In this document: piece by piece, positions 18,042-25,990 of the stretch | How positions within the stretch are numbered: position 1 is the first letter of the stretch | Layout: each line of letters opens with the position of its first letter | Source of the DNA: Candidatus Hermodarchaeota archaeon | Lineage (GTDB): Archaea; Asgardarchaeota; Thorarchaeia; Thorarchaeales; Thorarchaeaceae | DNA: 32,403 nucleotides | Assembly (NCBI GenBank): GCA_048885865.1 | Contig: JBHLLF010000029.1 | Span: forward strand, 1 to 32,403 | Direction of reading: 5' to 3' | Notes under the pieces: generated by a model | Told to the model about the DNA's origin: nothing | Database searches by the model: none | Seen by the model: only the letters and a program-made list of their open reading frames with translations | Program-made: the position numbers and the translations under genes

Positions 18042-19334
18042 TCATAGGTTATAGTCTACTCTTAATGGCTCAGTCTTTCTTGTTTCCAGACCAATTTCGT
18101 GTCGAACATCTTTGCATATCTCTCTAGCAAGCCTCAAATCCTCATAGCTAAGCTTGCAGACCTCATGGGCAAGTGCCAGAGGCACAGGGTATCCATACCA
18201 CCTTGCATCACGTGACATAAACTCAATATCACGGAAGAGGGCCTTCTCATTCTGTCTCGTGGCTACAGGATCGCCCCGTACGAACACATTCTCAAGCCAC
18301 CAGACTCTATCAAAGTCAATCCGAGAGGGTCGATTATCCTGGGAGAAGCTGAAGAGATAGGGAACGGCTAATCGTGGAGGGATGTAGGTACGGTCTTCGG
18401 TGATATGAAGACCACCTCCGGGATCGTCACCGCATGGGAGTTGACAGAACCACTTGGCACCATCCCCAAAGACTTCTTGCGCCATCTTTGCAATCCTATG
18501 CGCAAAGGGAATTGTGTGGTTTTTGCTCACGGCACAAAGAACAACGCCCTCTTTTCTTGCTAGAGATGCCAGCTCACGAAGCATGAATCCGCTTGGCATT
18601 GAGGGGTATTTCTTCACGAAGTGCATGAAGATTGAAAGCGCCCCATCAAGAAACAGATACTTAGGACGAATGTCACTGGTCAGCACGTTTCTTGCAGCTG
18701 CATACTCTGACACCTTCCGTAGTTCGTCATGAACAACGGGGTTCGTGAGCATCTGTGCTCTTGAAATCAAGGTCTCCATTTCTCTAAGTTCTGGAAGATG
18801 TTTTTCGAAATCGGTTCCAGTGAAGTCGGAGATGGATAAAATGGATCCGTTCGTGTCGTCTTTGAAGAAGGGAAGAATTATGTCAACTAGATCTTTGAGA
18901 GGGTAGATCGATTCGATAGTTTCAGCCATTTTCTTCTGGGCATCATTTCTAACTCCGGAGTGCCAGTGAACATCGAGATGCGGTTGGCCTCCAAGTCTCT
19001 TTTCCAAGGCCTTTGTGCTAATTGGGTCAAACATCTTTTCAGATCTAGTATTGGTGTCTAGAACAACTGTCGCAGTACTCAACATGTGGACCCTGATATC
19101 ATCTAGAAGCATCAGATTATCCGTACCAGACCCATCCACTGCAGCTATGAGAAAGTCGTCATCAAGAATAGTATCAGAGGGGTATGGATCGACAACATCG
19201 AGTAGGTCTTCTTTGATTCGGACTTCGTCTTTAGAGAATTCCTCTGCATCACGCCGGTCTTGTTGATTGCTTATATCTGCAAATACCAGCTTCAGAATTT
19301 CCCTGAACCTGTCAGTAAGTATCTTCTCTAGCAT
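18042..19334 (-). CDS. nurA: NurA 5'-3' nuclease
   Basis: AAVDGS, E..AA, LDGAL, AVSK, GYPVPLALAHE. ATG at 19334 with an upstream GAGAGGG preferred. Confidence 0.88.
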   Translation of the reverse strand: MLEKILTDRFREILKLVFADISNQQDRRDAEEFSKDEVRIKEDLLDVVDPYPSDTILDDDFLIAAVDGSGTDNLMLLDDIRVHMLSTATVVLDTNTRSEKMFDPISTKALEKRLGGQPHLDVHWHSGVRNDAQKKMAETIESIYPLKDLVDIILPFFKDDTNGSILSISDFTGTDFEKHLPELREMETLISRAQMLTNPVVHDELRKVSEYAAARNVLTSDIRPKYLFLDGALSIFMHFVKKYPSMPSGFMLRELASLARKEGVVLCAVSKNHTIPFAHRIAKMAQEVFGDGAKWFCQLPCGDDPGGGLHITEDRTYIPPRLAVPYLFSFSQDNRPSRIDFDRVWWLENVFVRGDPVATRQNEKALFRDIEFMSRDARWYGYPVPLALAHEVCKLSYEDLRLAREICKDVRHEIGLETRKTEPLRVDYNL

Positions 19335-19384
19335 AGGACCCTCTCTCAATTAGCCAATTAGTGAACCTATGTCATCTCCAAAAG

Positions 19385-19433
19385 ATTCTCTTGGCCGAGT
19401 CATAAAAACATAGCACTCGGCCTAAGTGAGAAT
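19385..19433 (-). promoter_or_regulatory. Inverted repeat enclosing the putative TATA box of the nurA-herA-mre11-rad50 operon
   Basis: GGCCGAGT(19393-400)/ACTCGGCC(19415-22) plus outer ATTCTC/GAGAAT; the loop reads TTTTTATG on the minus strand. Confidence 0.5.
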
Positions 19434-19443
19434 AATTGATTCC

Positions 19444-19779
19444 CTACAAGGAGCTTGTGTAAGTCTTGAATCCGTAGTAGAGTACAATGAGACCTACTAT
19501 CAACGCTAGAATGATGATTACTATGTCCAGGGTTCCAAGGATGATCATCCCAGTCATTAATCCCAAGGACCCATACCATGTTAACGGTGTCGCTGGAATC
19601 ATTATCCCTATGATGATAGTGCCCAATCCAATTCGATGTGCACGAAGAACTAAGTTCTCCTTTTCCCTGTAGCCAATAGCAACCAGCAATATGCCAATCA
19701 AAAAACCCAAGGCCAGCAAAGCAGGGATATTTATACTAAACATTTGTTGCTGCAAGTATGATGCGACTCCTCTTGGCAA
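19444..19779 (-). CDS. Small membrane protein (3-4 TM), unknown function
   Basis: Hydrophobic segments; the true start may be the ATG at 19743. Confidence 0.75.
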   Translation of the reverse strand: MPRGVASYLQQQMFSINIPALLALGFLIGILLVAIGYREKENLVLRAHRIGLGTIIIGIMIPATPLTWYGSLGLMTGMIILGTLDIVIIILALIVGLIVLYYGFKTYTSSL

Positions 19780-19929
19780 GCAAATTGCCGCAAGGCCTGG
19801 GAGTTTCTTTAGATTTAAACATTTGCGCCCTTCCTCGGAGATTGTCTTAAAAGGAACTGAATATACGATTTTTTGACCGCAAGGATTCTGGCAAGTTGGC
19901 GACCAAGCGGAACTACGGGAAGTGGTCCA

Positions 19930-20646
19930 GTGCTCAAGATAGCATACTTTGGAAAGACATCATTCGCATTGGAAACACAGGAAACAACGGTGCTCCTAAA
20001 TCCAGGAACATGGAACGGAGAGTCAGTTGTCCCAGATGATTTTGACTGCCGAGTCATCATTGTGACAAACCATGAGGATGACGCACTAGGGAACGCTGCA
20101 GAAATCGCTGTGAACTCAAAGGCGTGGATTCTCGGCAATGAAGCCACGATTGAGAGAGCTCAGCAAAAAGGTGCTAAGACCTGGCTGTTGCACACTCTCA
20201 AGCCCGAGGTTCCATACGAGATTCCAGGGCTGAAAGTCACACCATTCCCGCTTCAGAAACGGAGTGTGGAAACAGGCGAAATAATTGAGAATCTGGGTCT
20301 TCACATCGAGATGTCATCTATGAAAGTGTCATATCTCGGTGACAGCCTAGTAAGAGGTCCTTTCGGACAGCTGGAAGCAAACGTGATGATTGTGCCAGTA
20401 GGAGGCGAACATGCATTTGCTGTAAAGGATGCAGTCAGTCTTTGTATCGATGCAATTCCCCAAGTCGGCATTCCTGTTAGATGGACTTCGGAGGACCAAC
20501 CTAGGAAGTTCGCCAAGTACATCGAACAGTTTGGGCAAAAGACTACTCCTCTCCTGATGGAACCAGGACAGACACTGGAAGTACAGTGGGCTGCAGGTCA
20601 TGAATTCAGGCATTCAGTGAGTTCCACGTCATCTGAGCCAGAATAG
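19930..20646 (+). CDS. Metallo-beta-lactamase-fold protein (UPF0173/UlaG-like) with degenerate metal ligands
   Basis: IAYFG.TSF.L, VLLNP, IIVTNHEDDALG, YLGDS, IVPVGG, GIPVRW and MEPGQ follow the family pattern. GTG at 19930 preferred. Confidence 0.75.
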   Translation: MLKIAYFGKTSFALETQETTVLLNPGTWNGESVVPDDFDCRVIIVTNHEDDALGNAAEIAVNSKAWILGNEATIERAQQKGAKTWLLHTLKPEVPYEIPGLKVTPFPLQKRSVETGEIIENLGLHIEMSSMKVSYLGDSLVRGPFGQLEANVMIVPVGGEHAFAVKDAVSLCIDAIPQVGIPVRWTSEDQPRKFAKYIEQFGQKTTPLLMEPGQTLEVQWAAGHEFRHSVSSTSSEPE

Positions 20647-20688
20647 CTACCCGGTAGGGTGATTAGAGACAAAATGGGTGAGTTCTAA

Positions 20689-22479
20689 TTGAGTGAACAC
20701 AAAACTGTCGAAATCGACTTAGAGGAAACCGAAAAGACGGTCGTCGGCGAGCGAAGTGGTCTTAAGAACGCCGAGGCCAGAGGGATCCTATCCGTCAACA
20801 ATGTTTCAGATAGGTCACGTATCTGGAATGTCCGAGTGCTTCTTGAAGGAAGCGCCGGAGGTACGAGCTTCTCTGAGGAATCGATATCAGCAGGCGAAGT
20901 CGATGCTGGTGCGAAATGGGAAACTGACTACACAATCGACATCAAGAAGCCAATTCTTACTCTCACAGAGAGATTTGATACCTGTGACACTGTGCCAACT
21001 GACGAACCGCACTGGGCATATGTATACGGAAAGGAGAATCCCGTAAAAATCACAATCAAAGTGAAGAATGAAACAGATGGACAGCTTGATAACATTGTCC
21101 TCAACAAGACCGTTCCACCTGAGATCACAATGGTGAATGTTGATTCCACGAGCTCAGGAGTCACAGAGTTCGATGAGGGAACACGGACAATCATCTGGAA
21201 GGACTTCGTCGTATATCCCAGAGAGGAATCGACACTTGTCATTTCAGCTACTGGGAATGTTGACGACACGGAAATCAAGAGCGCTGGCGAGATAGTGGTC
21301 ACGTACAGAGGGGAGGATCAGCAGAGGTCTGGCCTTACTCCTGATATGACCGCACTGACCGAGTTTCTAACAGGCATCGAAACCGCCGAAACAGAACCCA
21401 ACCAATGGGAGTGCATATTGGAATGCTCCAACGAAAGCGACCTAATGGTTCGGCTAGATAAAGCGGAAGTCTATCTCACACCTGAGGATGGTGGAGAGAA
21501 GCAGAAGATGATTGATGAAACTCCTAGGCTGGAGATGGCCCCAAATCAAGACTGGAGCTCGAAATTTGAGATTGGCAGTAAGTCGCCGCCGAAATGCAGC
21601 CAAGAAGTGGTATACACTCCAATGAGAGTCATCACAAGGAGGGTCCTTGGAACCGTTGATAAAACACCTCAAGAACTACCTGTTGTGCGCATTGATTACA
21701 CCAAGGAGTTTGATCCTCCTGAAGTCAGCAGTTTCGACAAGACTCCGGTGGAGGTAACTATCGAGGTGAAGAATGTCGGGACGGCCAGCATCAACTCATT
21801 CATGGTTGAGGACAGCTTGCCTGACGATGTGATGCCTCCCAAGCCAGAACATGTTACAATCTGGGTGAGAGGTGAAGAATATAGCGGCGAATTCGAAGTA
21901 GCCGTGGACCCTGATGATCAGAATCCCGAGGTTCCACATAAGATGACCTTCAAGATTCTCAATCTCAGGGACTCAGCTGGTGAGGTTGAGCCTGGCGACT
22001 CAGTCAAGATCAACTATGCAATCATGGCCTGGAGAAACAGACCTGAGAAGGAATATCCATCTCCAATCTACTGTGAAGCACATACATATCCCGAGGGTCT
22101 GGCTGCAGAGGCTGCGAGTGCAGAGGATGGCCACAAGATTGGTATTCTCTATAGGAAGAGAAGTATCTCGACAAAGAAAGGTATCAACAAAGGGTCAGAG
22201 CCAGGTCAATACATCGTAGTCCTCGTTATCGAGAACAAAGGCGAGGTGACTGTCGAGAATGTTGAGGTGACCGACTGGATCCCTGCTGGTTTCGAATATG
22301 TGTCCACAGACCCTATGGAAGAAGCACCCATTGAGAGACCTGTCAGCGATGGCACCAATCTCGTCTGGGCATGGACTAGAATGAATCCTGGCGATAAGAA
22401 GAAAATCAATGTATCTGTGCAGGCTGGTGAAGACGCTGGTGAATATGAGCGTCGTGAGCCAGAAGTGACTTCAGACTAG
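20689..22479 (+). CDS. Cytosolic multi-beta-sandwich protein: N-terminal mu-homology-like region plus DUF11/Ig-like repeats
   Basis: Acidic, all-beta repeats (I.V.N.G...NV.V.D..P.GF.YV, W....PG...I); no signal peptide or TM; N-terminal motifs resemble the adaptin-mu/delta-COP MHD. Confidence 0.65.
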   Translation: MSEHKTVEIDLEETEKTVVGERSGLKNAEARGILSVNNVSDRSRIWNVRVLLEGSAGGTSFSEESISAGEVDAGAKWETDYTIDIKKPILTLTERFDTCDTVPTDEPHWAYVYGKENPVKITIKVKNETDGQLDNIVLNKTVPPEITMVNVDSTSSGVTEFDEGTRTIIWKDFVVYPREESTLVISATGNVDDTEIKSAGEIVVTYRGEDQQRSGLTPDMTALTEFLTGIETAETEPNQWECILECSNESDLMVRLDKAEVYLTPEDGGEKQKMIDETPRLEMAPNQDWSSKFEIGSKSPPKCSQEVVYTPMRVITRRVLGTVDKTPQELPVVRIDYTKEFDPPEVSSFDKTPVEVTIEVKNVGTASINSFMVEDSLPDDVMPPKPEHVTIWVRGEEYSGEFEVAVDPDDQNPEVPHKMTFKILNLRDSAGEVEPGDSVKINYAIMAWRNRPEKEYPSPIYCEAHTYPEGLAAEAASAEDGHKIGILYRKRSISTKKGINKGSEPGQYIVVLVIENKGEVTVENVEVTDWIPAGFEYVSTDPMEEAPIERPVSDGTNLVWAWTRMNPGDKKKINVSVQAGEDAGEYERREPEVTSD

Positions 22480-22494
22480 AACTCACCCATCCTA

Positions 22495-22531
22495 CTGCTA
22501 GGCTGGGGGTCATGAGTCCCCAGCCTAGTAG
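22495..22531. terminator. Bidirectional hairpin between convergent genes
   Basis: CTAGGCTGGGG(22498-508)/CCCCAGCCTAG(22518-28) perfect 11-bp inverted repeat in a 53-nt convergent gap. Confidence 0.65.
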
Positions 22532-22532
22532 A

Positions 22533-22874
22533 TCATTCTACTTCTCGCTCCATCTCTTCTAGCTCCTTGCGAGTTGCGTCCAGCTCTGCGTCTATATCAG
22601 CTAGAGGAATGTATTCGCTTTCATCCTTTGGAAACGTGTCAAGCGTATAGAAGACACGAAACCCGGATAGTGCCTTGTGTAACGCATCCGCAATTTCGAG
22701 AATCGACTCACTGAGGTCGGACTCGCTCATGTCACTCTGCTCGTGCTCATAAACAAAATCGTACGCTCCGCGAACAGGAATGAAACCTAGCTCAAGCATC
22801 TTCTTGATAACAACGCTTGGGGATGCTCCTTCACTATTGAACCAGACTGAAACTTTAGTCACATATTCAGACAT
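22533..22874 (-). CDS. Conserved archaeal hypothetical protein
   Basis: FNSEGASPS...LGF.P..G.YDFVY...LHKALSG motif, recalled from other archaeal small proteins; short acidic C-terminal helix. Confidence 0.8.
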   Translation of the reverse strand: MSEYVTKVSVWFNSEGASPSVVIKKMLELGFIPVRGAYDFVYEHEQSDMSESDLSESILEIADALHKALSGFRVFYTLDTFPKDESEYIPLADIDAELDATRKELEEMEREVE

Positions 22875-22935
22875 CGACACGACCCCATCACTTCAGAACG
22901 GAACGGACCGAAGCTATGTTTCTCTTAAGGGTTTT

Positions 22936-24036
22936 CTAATGTATATGGGAATTGGAGGAGTGTACTAGATGCGCAAAGTCCTCATGGTTCAGAGTATGTA
23001 TCCACTGATGTCTACACCCACAGTTGAGCCCTTCGAAATGTAGAGGACTCTGATCCAATGAGAATTGACGAATGGCTTTCACAAAGGCTTCGTCACACTT
23101 GCCACAGTTATGAGTGCCTCTGGGTTTGCCGGCAGCAACAGGGTCGCAGACGATGTTTACTTCGGAAGGCACCTTGACTCTTGATTGTTTCAAGGCCTCG
23201 GTGACGGTCCATAGCCATGGGGGCCTATATGCACCTCTAGCCCACATTCGCTCAACAAGGGTATACTTCTGTACATTCACAGGATTCACTGAAACAGTTG
23301 TAGCCCCAATTTTCACTGCATCAATAATGGTTCGAGTTGAATCTAGTAAAGCATCATTTTCAGTGAGAAAAGGTGGCTTGATGAGTACATATGCTCGGGT
23401 GCCTATGTCATGGACTGCTGCAGTCTTGACAGCAGTTTCAAAGTCGTCAAGCGAGAAGCCCTTATTGATACAAAGATACCTTACACCATCATCTACGCTC
23501 TCAAGGCCCATTCCCATCTCAATCTCCCTATCGTCTAGAATTCCCCGAACAAAGCCTGTGGCTTCTTCAGTCACATACTCGGGCCGCGACTCAAGAACAA
23601 CTTGACGAACGCGTTCGTCTTCTGCGATAGTCTTCAGAATCTCAGATCTCGCCTCCAGCGGAACTTCATCCGGATCTAGGAAGCTTCCACTTGTGTATAC
23701 TTTTATTGAGATTGGACTCCTGAGCCCCCCAAGCGACTTCATGGCGTCCTGAAATTGCTTGACTAGATTCTCGGCAGATACTGTCTTGCTGGTACCATCC
23801 AGAAGATAGCTACACATAGTGCAACCACCCTTGTCACTTCGAGCGTGAGAACAACCTGGAGTGGCCAACACAACGGAAAGAGCATGTCCCACCTCGCAAC
23901 CTATGCGGCTTTGTGCCACCCATTTTGCGGCTGGTTCTGTTAGGGATTTCTTTCTGATTCTCGAGAGAGAACTGCCACGCGCCCTCAGGGCTGCCTGTCT
24001 GATAATTTCCTGGAGACCCAAAGGCGGACTGCTCAT
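22936..24036 (-). CDS. raSEA: Archaeosine biosynthesis radical SAM protein RaSEA
   Basis: GCSHARSDKGGCTMCSY, YTSGSFLD, ESRPEY, GLES, KPPFLTE, NPVNVQ, YRPPWLW, RGTHNCGKCD; 4-nt overlap with arcS. Confidence 0.93.
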   Translation of the reverse strand: MSSPPLGLQEIIRQAALRARGSSLSRIRKKSLTEPAAKWVAQSRIGCEVGHALSVVLATPGCSHARSDKGGCTMCSYLLDGTSKTVSAENLVKQFQDAMKSLGGLRSPISIKVYTSGSFLDPDEVPLEARSEILKTIAEDERVRQVVLESRPEYVTEEATGFVRGILDDREIEMGMGLESVDDGVRYLCINKGFSLDDFETAVKTAAVHDIGTRAYVLIKPPFLTENDALLDSTRTIIDAVKIGATTVSVNPVNVQKYTLVERMWARGAYRPPWLWTVTEALKQSRVKVPSEVNIVCDPVAAGKPRGTHNCGKCDEAFVKAIRQFSLDQSPLHFEGLNCGCRHQWIHTLNHEDFAHLVHSSNSHIH

Positions 24037-25982
24037 TCTTTGGTCACCCCCAGCTTGTGACGAACTGTCACCGCCCTTCCCTTCTCAAACTCGCTCATCT
24101 CTTTACCAGACATTTCACTTCGTCCCACTGCCACCACGTTATCATTCCTATCGACTACAATGACTTCATCACCGGGGCGAATGCTAGAGTCTGCCTCTCT
24201 CACTCCAACTGCGAAAATTGAACCGCCTTTTACTTCCTTGCCCTCAAAGCGAACCCAGCTTTTTTGTGAATCTGCGATTCTTCTGGCACCTGCAAGAGTC
24301 AAGGACAACATTCCGGAGGAGGCATTGTATGCACAGACTTGTTCCTTTTCAATTTGACAGATGACTGTTCTATACAGCTTACCCCTCAGACCTGCACCTT
24401 TTGGAATGAGCAGCTCACCTGAACCCAAACCAAACTGAAAGTCCGCAGTGGCACGAAGCGTGTCTTCCAAATCCATTCGTCGATATTCACCGCTTAGAAC
24501 GAGATCACTCATATCTCTCAGAGTTTCAGCAAGCAAGTCGAGTGAGGCTCCACTTGTAGCTCTTGAATCAGATGAGGTGTAGATCAGGGTCTGCTTGATA
24601 CTCTCCTCAGCATTCTTCACAATATCGAGGTATCCGCCAGAAACATGCGCCACAACAACTATGGACTCCCCGAACTTCTCCATATGAGTTATGAGAGCAT
24701 GCACGGCTATCTCAGTTTCCTCTGCATCCCAGTCGCCGGTCACAGGGATATCGTAGTGTGCCACTGGATGAATCCTTTCCAACTCCCGGGGAATGACTCC
24801 CAAAGGAGATGTCAGAATCGTTTCGGCTATTCCATATCTCGCAGGTCCGATTGCGGCCTCGATTGTTCTGGCAAAGCGCTTGTGTGACTTTGAGTCTGAG
24901 TATGGCTTTCTCGCTGAACAAGGCAAGAGCAAGACTAGTTTCTTATGTGCTGGGGGCTTGAAGCGAGAAGCCACCCTATCGCGAAAGCGTCTAATTGCTG
25001 GCGCATTATATGATTCAGGTCCTATGAGGGGCATTGGAGATTTTCCTACGGTGGGAGTGAACTCCTCCAAAAATGGATACAACTCTGCATCGACTCTTCT
25101 TATAATAGAGGCCATTGATGGAGATGCATGGGTAAGTGATTCAACCAACCACCGTAAGTGCCCTGACTGCATTGCATGTGCGCTCTCGGAGAGCATCATC
25201 TGAAATCTCGAGAGATTATGTCTTGTCAAGGTTTCAACTAGCGAAGAATTGTCCAAGCTCGTGATATCTGAATATGCGGCGCAAGCAAGACATGCGCAGT
25301 GTCTTGCAGTGTCAGCAGTACCAACCTGCTCTGAATCCATGCGCCACAACCGGATTCCCTGTGCTGCTGCTTCAAACGCACGGCTGGAGTCAATGATGTC
25401 GAACCCCAAGTAATGCAATAAGGGTACTGAGTAAGGCTCGATTCGGCCTATTGCAAGTGTGAGCCAATTTCGAGGAAGCTGACTGCGTAGGATGAGCATT
25501 TTGTAGTCATTTGGACCGAGGTTTCCTGCGAAGCGGAAAGCTGCGGCTCTCACCCCGAGATGACCGAATTGTTGCAGGCTCTGTAGGTAAGACTCCGTAT
25601 CGAGTGACCCTGGTACGCGTACAATGGCACATGATGGCGGAATGTGTTGATTCTCGAGGAAAACCTCCTGTTGATGCATGAGCAACTTCCCTGCTTCTGA
25701 GTTGAGAGTTTCCTCTGCTATCATCGAGGGAAGCAATACTGATTCATACTCGTGTAGTCTATCCATCTCGATGTCCTTGACACTTGGAATTGACACAATC
25801 ATAGGAGTATCTTTGACTGGATCTGATCGATCGTAGGTGCGATATCTTAGAGTGATATTCTCTGCTTGGATAGGGCCAATGAGTGTAGGTGTGTTGATCG
25901 CCATCTCGCCGATGTTATAGATGCCCGATCTTGCGGGTCCGTCATGACCTCTGGCAATCAAGAACTCTGATATTTCATTCAC
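24033..25982 (-). CDS. arcS: Archaeosine synthase subunit alpha (ArcS/TgtA2) with a C-terminal PUA domain
   Basis: DGPARSG, CACLAC...HN zinc site, LLPCSARKPYS.SKSH, TSPLGVIPRELE, YDIPVTG.W, ADFQFG, PUA domain (IFAVGV...IRPGDEV...AVG). Confidence 0.93.
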   Translation of the reverse strand: MNEISEFLIARGHDGPARSGIYNIGEMAINTPTLIGPIQAENITLRYRTYDRSDPVKDTPMIVSIPSVKDIEMDRLHEYESVLLPSMIAEETLNSEAGKLLMHQQEVFLENQHIPPSCAIVRVPGSLDTESYLQSLQQFGHLGVRAAAFRFAGNLGPNDYKMLILRSQLPRNWLTLAIGRIEPYSVPLLHYLGFDIIDSSRAFEAAAQGIRLWRMDSEQVGTADTARHCACLACAAYSDITSLDNSSLVETLTRHNLSRFQMMLSESAHAMQSGHLRWLVESLTHASPSMASIIRRVDAELYPFLEEFTPTVGKSPMPLIGPESYNAPAIRRFRDRVASRFKPPAHKKLVLLLPCSARKPYSDSKSHKRFARTIEAAIGPARYGIAETILTSPLGVIPRELERIHPVAHYDIPVTGDWDAEETEIAVHALITHMEKFGESIVVVAHVSGGYLDIVKNAEESIKQTLIYTSSDSRATSGASLDLLAETLRDMSDLVLSGEYRRMDLEDTLRATADFQFGLGSGELLIPKGAGLRGKLYRTVICQIEKEQVCAYNASSGMLSLTLAGARRIADSQKSWVRFEGKEVKGGSIFAVGVREADSSIRPGDEVIVVDRNDNVVAVGRSEMSGKEMSEFEKGRAVTVRHKLGVTKE

Positions 25983-25990
25983 CTCACTTA

